The notes under the pieces are model-generated. The model ran no database searches, had not been told where the DNA came from, and saw nothing but the letters and a program-made list of their open reading frames with translations. This document shows positions 48,632-58,552 of a stretch of 64,000 nucleotides of DNA, piece by piece. This stretch comes from an uncultured Spirochaetota bacterium (GTDB lineage Bacteria; Spirochaetota; B62-G9; DRHN01), in contig CAZFTJ010000005.1 in the NCBI GenBank assembly GCA_964521865.1, positions 7,613 to 71,612 of the forward strand, given 5' to 3'. The position numbers were made by a program, and so were the translations under genes. The stretch's first letter is position 1; each line of letters starts with the position of its first letter.

Positions 48632-51013
48632 TTGCCGTGTGCTTGTCGGTTTCCGAAAGAAAAGAACAGGGAAGGGATACCTATCTCCATTATGGGAAGA
48701 GAAAAAACAAACCTATCCGGCCCCGGATCGAATGCAGAGGATCCGACTGGAAACGAAAACCGGTACAGAAAGCTTGTTGAACATTCACTGCAGGGAATAA
48801 TTGTGGTGCAGGATTTTCACATAGTGTATTCCAATGCAGCCTTTGAAAGGATGTCGGGATATACATTCGGCGAGCTGCTTCGTCTTCAACCCGAAGAGGT
48901 TCGAGAAATGGTGCATCCGGACGATCGGAAATTGATCTGGGGACGCTTTCGCGAACGGCTGAGAGGCAAACAGGTGCCGCCGCATTACGAATTTCGGGGA
49001 TTTCGAAAAGACCGTACCGTGCGCTGGTTTGATTTGTATGCGGACCGTATCGAATACCGCGGAAGGCCGGCCATTCAGGGCGCACTGGTAGACATTACGG
49101 AAAGAAAAGAGGCGGAAAATGCGCTTCTTGCTGAAAAAGCGTACCTGGAGGAGCTATTCGAAAATGCTCCGGAAGCGATTGTTCTGGTGGACAACGACAG
49201 CCGGGCAGTCAGGGTAAACCGTGAATTCACGAGAACTTTCGGGTATACGCAGGAGGAAATCGGAGGTCGGTGCGTCGACGATCTACTGGCCCCCGGAGAG
49301 CTTCATAGAGAAGCCGTTTCCATTACAAACCGCATTAAAAAGGGGGAGCGAATAATCGTTGAAACCGCGCGCATGCGAAAGGACAAAACGCGCGTCTATA
49401 TATCCTTATCCGGCTTGCCGATCAAAGTCGAAGGCAGACAACTAGCCGTGTACGGAATATATCGCGATATTTCAGAGCGGAAACGCGCCGAGGAAGAAAC
49501 GAAAAAGTCGGAAGAAAAGTACCGTATCCTGGTGGAAAACGCTACGGATGCAATCATCATCCTCCAGGACGATCTCATCAGGTTTCACAATCAAAAAACC
49601 GCCGCACTTACCGGCTACTCGAAAGAAGAACTGGAGTCGACTCGCTTTTTCCAGTTTATTCATCCGGAAGACAGGGACGCCATGATTCAAAGATACAACA
49701 AAACGTTAAAAGGAGAACGCACACCCGCACCGTTTTCTTTCAGAGCAATACATAAAAGCGGTGCCATACTATGGGAAGAAATCAATTCGATTCAGATACT
49801 GTGGGAAGACCATCCTGCCGTACTCTGTTTTATCAGAGATATTACCGGAGAAAAGAAGCTCAGAGACCAGCTCCAGCACGCGCAGAAGATGGAGGCGGTC
49901 GGCACCCTTGCCGGCGGGATTGCGCATGACTTCAACAATCTTCTCCAGGGGATTCTCGGCTATGCCGATCTTCTGCTCTTCAAGAAAGAGGCGGACGACC
50001 CGACTCGCAGGGGGCTCGAACAGATACGAAGCGCCGCCCAGAGAGCGGCCGAGCTCACACAGCGGCTTCTCACATTCAGCCGCAAGGTCGAGAGCAAGAT
50101 GAGACCGATCAATCTCAACAACAGCGTCAACCGCATTCATTCCCTTATTAAAAGAACCATTCCAAAAATGATCGAAATCAAGCTCAACCTGACAGACAGG
50201 CTCCGAACGGTCAATGCAGACCCGGCGCAGGTGGAGCAGGTTGTCATGAACCTGGTCGTAAACGCAAAGGACGCCATGCCGGAGGGAGGCGTGCTCACAA
50301 TCACAACCCAGAACAAGACGCTCGATGAAAAATTCTGTCGAGGGCACCTGGGCGCGGTTCCCGGCGAGCACGTGCTTGTGGGCATCTCCGATACGGGCCA
50401 CGGGATGGACAGCGAAACCCTTGCCCATATATTCGAGCCCTTTTACACCACCAAGGAGAAGGGCAGAGGAACCGGACTGGGGCTTGCCATGGTATACGGT
50501 ATTGTTGCAAATCACAACGGCTATATCGAATGCAAAAGCAAACCGGACAGGGGCACCAGTTTCAATATGTATTTCCCCGTTTTTAACGGCATCGCCGAAT
50601 ACACAGAAGAGGTTAATTCGGCATCATCACAGGGCGGCTACGAGACCATTCTACTGGTCGACGATGAAGAGTTTATTAGGAATCTCGGAAGGCAGATGCT
50701 GACAGGCTTCGGATATACGGTACTGACCGCTTCCGACGGCACGGAGGCGCTCGAGATCTACGGGAAAAAACATCGGAACATAGATCTCATTATCCTCGAT
50801 TTGACTATGCCCGGAATGAGCGGCAGCCGGTGTCTGAGAGAGCTTTTAAAAATAAATCCCGGGGCAAAGGTCATTATTGCGAGCGGCTATGCTGAAAACG
50901 GACCTGAAATGGAGACCATAACCGCACAGACCAGGGGATTCATCGGCAAGCCGTTCAAGATAAGCGCGATACTGGGTCTGATTCGAAAAGTTCTGGAAGA
51001 GGAAACGCCATAG
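48632..51013 (+). CDS. PAS-domain hybrid sensor histidine kinase with a C-terminal receiver domain
   Basis: Three PAS-like segments; HisKA H-box AHDFNNLLQGILGY; HATPase N/G boxes (NLVVNAKDAMPEGG, GTGLGLAMVYG); REC (ILLVDDEE..LDLTMPGMSG); possible alternative start at 48692. Confidence 0.85.
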   Translation: MPCACRFPKEKNREGIPISIMGREKTNLSGPGSNAEDPTGNENRYRKLVEHSLQGIIVVQDFHIVYSNAAFERMSGYTFGELLRLQPEEVREMVHPDDRKLIWGRFRERLRGKQVPPHYEFRGFRKDRTVRWFDLYADRIEYRGRPAIQGALVDITERKEAENALLAEKAYLEELFENAPEAIVLVDNDSRAVRVNREFTRTFGYTQEEIGGRCVDDLLAPGELHREAVSITNRIKKGERIIVETARMRKDKTRVYISLSGLPIKVEGRQLAVYGIYRDISERKRAEEETKKSEEKYRILVENATDAIIILQDDLIRFHNQKTAALTGYSKEELESTRFFQFIHPEDRDAMIQRYNKTLKGERTPAPFSFRAIHKSGAILWEEINSIQILWEDHPAVLCFIRDITGEKKLRDQLQHAQKMEAVGTLAGGIAHDFNNLLQGILGYADLLLFKKEADDPTRRGLEQIRSAAQRAAELTQRLLTFSRKVESKMRPINLNNSVNRIHSLIKRTIPKMIEIKLNLTDRLRTVNADPAQVEQVVMNLVVNAKDAMPEGGVLTITTQNKTLDEKFCRGHLGAVPGEHVLVGISDTGHGMDSETLAHIFEPFYTTKEKGRGTGLGLAMVYGIVANHNGYIECKSKPDRGTSFNMYFPVFNGIAEYTEEVNSASSQGGYETILLVDDEEFIRNLGRQMLTGFGYTVLTASDGTEALEIYGKKHRNIDLIILDLTMPGMSGSRCLRELLKINPGAKVIIASGYAENGPEMETITAQTRGFIGKPFKISAILGLIRKVLEEETP

Positions 51014-51036
51014 ACCGTTATACCGGTGTATGGCGT

Positions 51037-52458
51037 CTAGATCATGTCGAAAGGAATCTGATAGGTGCTCAACAGATTGTAGTACCGATCGAAGGCGTAT
51101 ACGGTAAGGGTGTGCGATCCTGTCGCAAGAGATGCTGTACTTACATAGTAATCCCATTTCCTCGAGCCGAAATCCATCGTATCGACGTCCTGCAGCACAT
51201 CCGAGTCGATCTGTATCTGAATATACTTCACCGCATCTTCGTCGAAATATCCCCACACGGGAAAATCGGATGATTGCGATGAATTGTAAAATAAAGGATC
51301 GATATACGCATATGCTCCGTTCGCTTCCATGAAATCGACGCTGTAGTAACTGCTTACAGTAAAAAAATCATCCAGTGCATCAACGGTAATTATATGAGAA
51401 CCAACGGATGAAAGACTCGATGTTTGGATACCGAAATCCCAGGTCCCGTCGCTGCTGTTAAGGGCGGCATAGCCGTAGGATATTCCATCGATCAAGACTT
51501 CAACATACGACACCGAGCCGGGATTGTACTTCCCCGAGATGTCGAGAAAGTCCAGAATGTACTGATTCTCATAGGGCGAGGCGATGTACACGGAAGGCTC
51601 GCTCTTACCGTCCCTCTCCACAAACCCGATGGTGTAGCTGTCGAATACCTCTCCGGACTGATCGAGCGCCTTTACTCTGAGGCCGTGGGTTTGGTCGGGA
51701 AAGTCAAATGTATTTATCCTGGCATACCACGTATCGCCCGTGTCGTTCATGGTCACGGAGCCCGGGATGGGTGCTCCATCGACCTCGACCTCCAGGGTCG
51801 TATTCCAGTCGCCGAACAGGCCGCCTGCAACGGTAAAAAACTGTGCGTCGATATAATCACCATCGTCGGGCGATGCGATGTACACCGCATGCCACTCAAA
51901 CTTCTGCCCCTGATTGCCGAAACCGAGATAAATTCTCTCATCGTGGTCATTCAGGTCGACAGTATCCCAGTGGGGATCGACAAAATACTGGGTCACCCCG
52001 TTTGAATCCCTGTACGGCGTTACAGTCGAATCCGCAAAATACCTGTCGTTGTACAGGACATACGGCTCTCTGAGATCAGGCATATCGTTTTTATTCAACG
52101 AATCGTGGAAGGCAAGCACGATGTAGCTGCCGGTGGCAAGCGTCATTGAGAGGGAGCCGGTCGGAATATAGGCCTCCCTGACCTCCCTCACCGGACCGCC
52201 GTCCGGATTGTCCGTATCTTGAATTATATTTCCGTTCTCATCGAGAGGCATGATCCAGAACACGATCGGGCTGCCGACAGACACAGCGGACCGACCCCAG
52301 TAGCTGTAATCGATGGTCAACGCATAGTAGTCGCTCGTTCCCGAGCCGTTGCCTCCGCCGCCGAATAGAGCGCCGACGAATCCGCATGAGGAGATGCCGA
52401 ACAGTAAACCGCCCGAAGCAAAAAGCAGAATAGTAAGTCTCCAAAACCCTCTCTTCAT
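51037..52458 (-). CDS. secreted lipoprotein, unknown function (repetitive beta-rich)
   Basis: Signal/lipobox LLFGISSCG; 473 aa with no catalytic motif recognised. Confidence 0.45.
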   Translation of the reverse strand: MKRGFWRLTILLFASGGLLFGISSCGFVGALFGGGGNGSGTSDYYALTIDYSYWGRSAVSVGSPIVFWIMPLDENGNIIQDTDNPDGGPVREVREAYIPTGSLSMTLATGSYIVLAFHDSLNKNDMPDLREPYVLYNDRYFADSTVTPYRDSNGVTQYFVDPHWDTVDLNDHDERIYLGFGNQGQKFEWHAVYIASPDDGDYIDAQFFTVAGGLFGDWNTTLEVEVDGAPIPGSVTMNDTGDTWYARINTFDFPDQTHGLRVKALDQSGEVFDSYTIGFVERDGKSEPSVYIASPYENQYILDFLDISGKYNPGSVSYVEVLIDGISYGYAALNSSDGTWDFGIQTSSLSSVGSHIITVDALDDFFTVSSYYSVDFMEANGAYAYIDPLFYNSSQSSDFPVWGYFDEDAVKYIQIQIDSDVLQDVDTMDFGSRKWDYYVSTASLATGSHTLTVYAFDRYYNLLSTYQIPFDMI

Positions 52459-52564
52459 TACGGCACCCCGAGATACCCCCGTCAGGATTCGAGGTATAAT
52501 TTCAAAGCAATCGTATATCTAAAGTATAGTGCGAATCCGGCACTTTTCAATGCACCGCCGAAAT

Positions 52565-53974
52565 TTATTTCTGTCGGGACTTTCGTGCCCGAATCTGTTT
52601 TTCGAGAATGTTCTCGACACGCTTGATCTCGCCGGCAACCCTCTTCAAAGCGGTACCGCCTGACACGTTGTGACGGTTGACCGAGCGGATGTAGTCGAAC
52701 AGCCCGTATACGTCCTTTTCGAAGGCCGTATCGAAGCTCTTATACTGCTCGAGAGAAAGGTCTCTAAGGTCCACCTTACGCTCCATGGCAGACCTGACGA
52801 TCTCCCCCACAATACGATGGGCATCCCGAAACGGAACACCCCTGCCCACGAGGTATTCGGCAATATCCGTTGCAAACAGGGTCCCATTCGATTTCTGAAG
52901 CGCTTCTTCAATACGTTCCGGGTTCACGGAAAGACCCTCAATCACATCCGTCATCACCGCAATACATTGCATGGCGGTATCTATGGAATCGAACAGGCCC
53001 TCCTTGTCCTCCTGAAAATCCCGGTTATAGGTATAGGGCGTGCCCTTCATGAGGGTGAGGATCCAAACCAGGTTTCCGATGACGCGGCCGGATTTGCCGC
53101 GTATAAGCTCGAGGGAGTCGGGGTTTTTCTTCTGCGGCAGAAGCGAAGAGGTCGTGGTCAGATCATCCGGAAGGTCATAAAAACCGAACTCCTCCGATGA
53201 GTATATGATTATATCCTCAGCCATGCGGGAGAGCGTGACGCCGATCAGAACACATATAAATTCGAATTCCATGATGAAATCACGCGTTGAAACCGCATCA
53301 ATCGAGTTCTGCGCCGGGGTATCAAAGGGAAGCTCCTGCAAAAGCTGATCCCTGTCCATACCGATCGAAGAGCCGACAGCGGCGCCCGATCCGAGCGGGA
53401 GCACCCTGAGCCTCTTCTGAAAATCCTTTATTCTCTCCCGATCCCGCGCCAGGGCATGGTAGTAGGCGAGGAAGAGATGGGCCAGGCTTGCGGGCTGAGC
53501 CTTTCTGAGGTGTGTGTATATCGGAACGATCGTCGAGAGGTGCTCCTTCGCCCTTTCAACGAGGGCCAGGGAAAGAAACAGCATCTTTTCATCGATTGAA
53601 GAGCACTCCTTAATGAGGTGCATACGCTCATCGAGCACGATCTGTTCGTTCCTGCTCCGGCCCGTATGAAGCTTGTAGGCGGTTTTTCCGATTTTTTCGA
53701 AAAGCCGCCGCTCGATGCTCATATGTATGTCTTCATCTTCGACCCTGAAATCAAATACTCCGGTCGCGATCTCCTCCTCAACCGAACAAAGACCGTCGAC
53801 AATCTTCCCGTACTCCTCCCTGTCGAGTATGCCCCTTTTTTCAAGCATCTTCGCCCAGGCGATCGAACCCCTGACGTCTTCGCGGTACAGACGTTTATCA
53901 AAACCGATGGATGCATTCATGCCGGCAAACACGCTGCCGGGCGGTTTATTGAGCCTTCCGTCCCGTATGGCCAC
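52565..53974 (-). CDS. argH: argininosuccinate lyase
   Basis: 469 aa; fumarate-lyase signature GRSRNEQ; ASL N-terminal consensus. Confidence 0.9.
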   Translation of the reverse strand: MAIRDGRLNKPPGSVFAGMNASIGFDKRLYREDVRGSIAWAKMLEKRGILDREEYGKIVDGLCSVEEEIATGVFDFRVEDEDIHMSIERRLFEKIGKTAYKLHTGRSRNEQIVLDERMHLIKECSSIDEKMLFLSLALVERAKEHLSTIVPIYTHLRKAQPASLAHLFLAYYHALARDRERIKDFQKRLRVLPLGSGAAVGSSIGMDRDQLLQELPFDTPAQNSIDAVSTRDFIMEFEFICVLIGVTLSRMAEDIIIYSSEEFGFYDLPDDLTTTSSLLPQKKNPDSLELIRGKSGRVIGNLVWILTLMKGTPYTYNRDFQEDKEGLFDSIDTAMQCIAVMTDVIEGLSVNPERIEEALQKSNGTLFATDIAEYLVGRGVPFRDAHRIVGEIVRSAMERKVDLRDLSLEQYKSFDTAFEKDVYGLFDYIRSVNRHNVSGGTALKRVAGEIKRVENILEKQIRARKSRQK

Positions 53975-54090
53975 GGTTTCCTCCCCATGATGCGGATATC
54001 CCGAATACTGCCCGGAAATATGCTGCAGGATACTTCGCGCCGACGGTATGCGCTCCGGTGTACAGTTTATACAATTGCACCCTGGACATA

Positions 54091-55008
54091 TTAAAAACCC
54101 GTGTGCTCGTAATCCTCGACATCCGCCTCCGATAGAATCATGGTGCCGTTTCCCGAGCTGGTAAAGACCTCGATAAGGAGGGAGTTCTGGATAGTTCCGT
54201 CGAGTATGTGAACCCTCTTCACCCCGTTTTCAACCGCACGGATGCACTCCTTCACCTTGGGCACCATACCTCCGCGTATTATCCCCCGTTCGATCAGACG
54301 AAGCGCATCCTTCTGCGATACGTACGATATCCTGCTGTCCGGGTCGTTGATGTCCCTGAGAATGCCGCCGACGTTGGTCATGGTAATATACTTGAACGCA
54401 CCCACTGCGACAGCAATACCGGATGCGACCGAGTCGGCGTTTATATTGAGTATATGTCCCATGCCGTCGTCCGCAAGGGAAGAGATCACGGGAATATAAC
54501 CCCTGTCCAGAAGCACGGTAAGCAACTCCGTGTTTACGCTCACGACATCGCCCACATGCCCGAAATCCACATTGTTGATTTCACCCGTCTCTTCATCGAC
54601 GTATGAAACAGGCTCTCTCCGCTTTGCGATAATCACGTCCCCGTCGATTCCGGAGAGACCGACCGATTTTGCACCGTGCTTTCTGAGTATGGTGAGTATC
54701 TCGTGATTTATCTTTCCGGCAAACACCATCTTCGTGACTTCGAGCGTCTCCTCATCGGTAACCCTTCTCCCCTCCACAATTTTTGGAGATATACCCAGCT
54801 TTTTCGAAAGCTCGGTTGCCTGCGGGCCTCCCCCGTGAATCAGAATAACCCGCACACCGATCTGATAGAGAAGGGAAACATCCTGCGCAATATCATCGAT
54901 AACCGCCTGGTTCTGTATCAGCTCTCCTCCCAGTTTGATGACGAATATCCGGTTTTTATACCTGCGTATATAGGGAAGAGCCTGTTTGAGAATACCGATA
55001 TCCTGCAT
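54091..55008 (-). CDS. argB: acetylglutamate kinase
   Basis: Amino-acid-kinase blocks IFVIKLGGE, HGGGPQ; start moved to MQDIGILK (RBS GAGGT) from the track start at 55119; no fused GNAT domain. Confidence 0.9.
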   Translation of the reverse strand: MQDIGILKQALPYIRRYKNRIFVIKLGGELIQNQAVIDDIAQDVSLLYQIGVRVILIHGGGPQATELSKKLGISPKIVEGRRVTDEETLEVTKMVFAGKINHEILTILRKHGAKSVGLSGIDGDVIIAKRREPVSYVDEETGEINNVDFGHVGDVVSVNTELLTVLLDRGYIPVISSLADDGMGHILNINADSVASGIAVAVGAFKYITMTNVGGILRDINDPDSRISYVSQKDALRLIERGIIRGGMVPKVKECIRAVENGVKRVHILDGTIQNSLLIEVFTSSGNGTMILSEADVEDYEHTGF

Positions 55009-55133
55009 AGCGTACCTCGTGATCCCCGATGTGACGAAGCCCCGGGCTGCCGGCGACCCGGGCATCGGCGCATTCTCCACGGTTGAGAATCGACGCCGTA
55101 ACCGCACGCATACGCTCATTGCGTACCATGCCC

Positions 55134-56144
55134 TTAACCACCCCGGTTGCCGAGGATGGCATAGAGCACCGATTTTTGGGCGTGCAGTCTGTTTTCCGCC
55201 TCATCGTATACGATCGATGCGGGGCTGTCTATCACAGAATCCGACACCACGACATTCCGCCGCACCGGAAGGCAGTGCATGAAAGATGCATTGTCCGTAA
55301 GCGCCATCTTTTTATCATCAACGATCCAGTGCTTCAGTTTTTTCCTGTGCTCTTTCTCCTTTTCCCTGTTCCCGTAAAAGGCAAGGCTTCCCCAGCTCTT
55401 TGCGTACACAACCCTGGAACCTCTATACCCCTCCTCAATAGTATCGGTTACCGAGAACCTGCCGCCCGCATTTTTACAAAATTTTTCGGCATTGTGCATT
55501 ATTTCGGGGTCCAGATCGTATCCCGAAGGCCGCACAAAGCGTACATCCATGCCGAACAGAGCGCATGCGGTCAGTATCGAATTGGGGACGGCCATCGGAA
55601 GCGGATTCGGATGATACGCCCAGGTAATTGTCACCGGAAATCCGGTAAGGTTTCTGCCGTGTCTCTCCATAATGGTCATGATATCAGCAAGCGCCTGGTT
55701 GGGATGGTAGAGCGAGGATTCCATGTTGATAATCGGAACTCCTGCATACTTTTCGAAGGCGCCGAGTATGGGGTCTTTTCTGTCGGTTTCCCAGGAATCT
55801 CCCTTCGGGAATGCGCGGATTCCGATTGCGTCCCCGTAGGTTCCGAGAACCTTCGCCGCATCCTTTATGTGCTCGGCATTGGGGCCGTCCATGACGACTC
55901 CTTCCTCTGTTTCGAGCTTCCACGTATCTTCCCCTGCATTGAGGGTTACCACGTTCCCGCCAAGCTCCTGCATCGCAAGCTCGAACGAGGTCCTCGTGCG
56001 CAGGGATGGGTTGAAAAAGAGAAGGATGAGGTTTTTCCCGGGAAGCCCGGGCCGGAACTCCCGGTGTTTCATCTTGATGCCGTTTTCGATCAGCTCTGCG
56101 ATCTGTTCGGCTGTGTACCGGGAAAGCGAAATAAAGTGTTGCAT
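55134..56144 (-). CDS. argF': N-acyl-L-ornithine carbamoyltransferase of the argF' type (AOTCase/SOTCase family), probably acetylornithine-specific
   Basis: SLRTRTSFE (carbamoyl-phosphate binding), HPNQ, HCLP; the ornithine-specific SMG loop is replaced by VYAKSWGSLAF; about 55 % identity by eye to the Xanthomonas AOTCase sequence as recalled. Confidence 0.75.
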   Translation of the reverse strand: MQHFISLSRYTAEQIAELIENGIKMKHREFRPGLPGKNLILLFFNPSLRTRTSFELAMQELGGNVVTLNAGEDTWKLETEEGVVMDGPNAEHIKDAAKVLGTYGDAIGIRAFPKGDSWETDRKDPILGAFEKYAGVPIINMESSLYHPNQALADIMTIMERHGRNLTGFPVTITWAYHPNPLPMAVPNSILTACALFGMDVRFVRPSGYDLDPEIMHNAEKFCKNAGGRFSVTDTIEEGYRGSRVVYAKSWGSLAFYGNREKEKEHRKKLKHWIVDDKKMALTDNASFMHCLPVRRNVVVSDSVIDSPASIVYDEAENRLHAQKSVLYAILGNRGG

Positions 56145-56231
56145 GGTATAAAAACTCCACTTTTGGAATGCAGAAGGCGTGTGTGCACACATCGTTTAAA
56201 ATGTGCATGTGCACAGCGTACAAGCGCCTCC

Positions 56232-57395
56232 CTACAGCGAACGGAGAGCCCGGAGAAATACATCCACATCCGCCTCTTCGAGCACCAGCGGCGGAAGCAG
56301 CCTCATAACATTCTTCTGGGAAGATGTACCGGTGATAACGCCTCTTTCGAGCAGGAGGTCGCGCACCTCTTTCGCATCCCTATCGAGCTCTATCCCGATG
56401 AGGAGGCCTTTCCCCTTCACCCCCCTGACGCCGGGCAGCTTCTCCGCTTCTTCCCGTATGTACGCGCCGATTCCGGCAGCCTTCTCCACGAGACCGTTCT
56501 TTCTGATCACGTCGATATTCGCCGAAAGCGCCGCACATGCAACGGGCCCGCCCCCGAAAGTGGATCCGTGCTCGCCGTGATGTATTGTTTTCGATATATG
56601 CTCTCCGATAAGAACCGCCCCCATGGGGATGCCCCCTGCAATACCCTTTGCCGTGGTTATTATATCCGGAACAATACCCCACGAATCGCCGAAAAACCAG
56701 CTTCCGGTTCTTCCGAGCGCTGTCTGCACTTCATCGAAAATGAGAACGGCTCCCGTTTCACCGCATATCTCCCTGAGCTTTCCGTAATACTCCTCATCCG
56801 CAATCGAAACTCCGGCCATGGATTGTATCGGTTCGAGAATAACGCCTGCGGTCCGGGAGGAAAGAGCTTTCTCAAAGGCGGGTATATCCCCAAAGGGCAC
56901 GAAGCGAAAACTCTCGATAAGCGGGGAAAACATATCCCTGTATTTTCCGAGGGCCGTCGCACTGAGCGCACCGATGGTCCTTCCGTGAAATCCGCCCAGC
57001 ATGGCGATGATCTCCGGCTTGCCGCTGAACCTGCGTGCGATTTTCAGCGCCGTTTCGTTCGCCTCGGCCCCCGAGTTGCAGAAAAACACCTTGTCCATCG
57101 GCTTCGGCGAAACCTCTACAATCGCCCGGGCCGCCCGGGCCCGCACCGGCAGGTATACGACATTCGAGTAGAAGAGAAGCTGTTCGGCCTGCGTTTTCAC
57201 CGCCCTGACAACCTCGGGATGACAGTGGCCTGTCAGCGCCACCGCGTGCCCGCCGTAGAGATCGAGGTATTTTTTCCCATCCGTATCGTACACATATACG
57301 CCCTCGCCTCGTTCGAGGGCTATGGGCAGTTTTGCATAGGTGTCGAGCTGGTACCGATCTTCCTGTTTTCTCACAGCTTCGAAATTTTCACTCAT
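56232..57395 (-). CDS. argD: acetylornithine aminotransferase
   Basis: Class III aminotransferase blocks; PLP-lysine region (TTAKGIAGG); 387 aa. Confidence 0.9.
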   Translation of the reverse strand: MSENFEAVRKQEDRYQLDTYAKLPIALERGEGVYVYDTDGKKYLDLYGGHAVALTGHCHPEVVRAVKTQAEQLLFYSNVVYLPVRARAARAIVEVSPKPMDKVFFCNSGAEANETALKIARRFSGKPEIIAMLGGFHGRTIGALSATALGKYRDMFSPLIESFRFVPFGDIPAFEKALSSRTAGVILEPIQSMAGVSIADEEYYGKLREICGETGAVLIFDEVQTALGRTGSWFFGDSWGIVPDIITTAKGIAGGIPMGAVLIGEHISKTIHHGEHGSTFGGGPVACAALSANIDVIRKNGLVEKAAGIGAYIREEAEKLPGVRGVKGKGLLIGIELDRDAKEVRDLLLERGVITGTSSQKNVMRLLPPLVLEEADVDVFLRALRSL

Positions 57396-57455
57396 ACCCT
57401 TTTATCCGTTCCCGTTATAGAACTCCGGAATCCAAAACAGGCCTGCGCCCAGCCG

Positions 57456-58508
57456 TCAGGGGCGCTGTCCCGGAAACTGGAGCCCCTCATCCTCGTCGAA
57501 TCCGAACATGATGTTCATGTTCTGTACGGCCTGACCGCCCGCCCCTCGCACCAGATTGTCAATTGCGCTCATGGTTACAATAAAATTGCTCCTGCAGGCA
57601 TACGATACCTCGACGTAGTTGGTGCCTGCAATCGGATTGATTTCGGGAGATCCTTCAACGACTCGTATGAATCTTTCATCCCCGTAACAGTCCATAAATG
57701 TATCCCGCAGCCGGTCCGGGCCTATCCTGTCGTTGTACACGGTCGCAGTTGTAAAAATGCCCCTGACGAACGGTCCGGACTGAGGCACCATCCCTATCTC
57801 GTAGTCCCAGCTTATGAACGTATCCCTGAAAAACTGCTCGATTTCAGGCATATGCTGATGCTCGAGAATTTTATACGCTTTGAAATTGGCCGCCCTGATC
57901 GGATGGTGCGTCACCTCTTTCGGCAGTTCGCCGGATCCCGAAGAACCGGTAACGGCAACAACACTGACGTCTCTCGTTACCGCACTCACCGTAAAGAGGG
58001 GATACAGCGCAAAGATAATACCCGTTGCAAAACACCCCGGATTGGCAATATACCGCGCCCTGCGCACCGTATCCCTGTTGAGCTCCGGAAGCCCGTACAC
58101 GAATTCGCCCAGCAGATGCGTTGCACTGTGGTCCTTGTTGTAGTACTGCTTGTATATATGGGGGTTGCTCAGCCTGAAATCCCCGCTCAAATCGATTATT
58201 CTCGCCTTCGGCATGTGCTTGATGATATCGGGCACGATACGCATTGAGGTCCCGTGCGGCGTTGCGAGGAACACAATATCCATGTCGGGCGTCAGATTCT
58301 CGATATCGGGCTCAATGAATCCCATATCCGTGACGCCGGTGAGAAATCTGTTTATCGAAGATATCTTCTTTCCCGCGTGGCGCCTGGAGGTGACAAAAAC
58401 GAGATTGATCCGTGGATGGAAGAGAAGGAGCTTTACCAGCTCCGCACCTCCGTATCCTGCGCCGCCGATAATACCGGCGTTGATCTTTTTCTTCGCCTTG
58501 AACAGCAT
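57456..58508 (-). CDS. argC: N-acetyl-gamma-glutamyl-phosphate reductase
   Basis: N-terminal GGAGYGG NAD motif; active-site Cys block ANPGCFATG; start moved to MLFKAKKK (RBS AGGGGAAGG) from the track start at 58556. Confidence 0.9.
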   Translation of the reverse strand: MLFKAKKKINAGIIGGAGYGGAELVKLLLFHPRINLVFVTSRRHAGKKISSINRFLTGVTDMGFIEPDIENLTPDMDIVFLATPHGTSMRIVPDIIKHMPKARIIDLSGDFRLSNPHIYKQYYNKDHSATHLLGEFVYGLPELNRDTVRRARYIANPGCFATGIIFALYPLFTVSAVTRDVSVVAVTGSSGSGELPKEVTHHPIRAANFKAYKILEHQHMPEIEQFFRDTFISWDYEIGMVPQSGPFVRGIFTTATVYNDRIGPDRLRDTFMDCYGDERFIRVVEGSPEINPIAGTNYVEVSYACRSNFIVTMSAIDNLVRGAGGQAVQNMNIMFGFDEDEGLQFPGQRP

Positions 58509-58552
58509 ACGCACCTTCCCCTGTTCACGTCCCAACGGCTTTTCACCTGTTC

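Noticed and set aside
55083-58247. 1054-aa plus-strand ORF spanning the arg operon
   Set aside because: It is antisense to argB, argF', argD and argC, which all carry clear family motifs. High-GC antisense frames are commonly open. The translation is low-complexity and Arg-rich with no recognisable domain.
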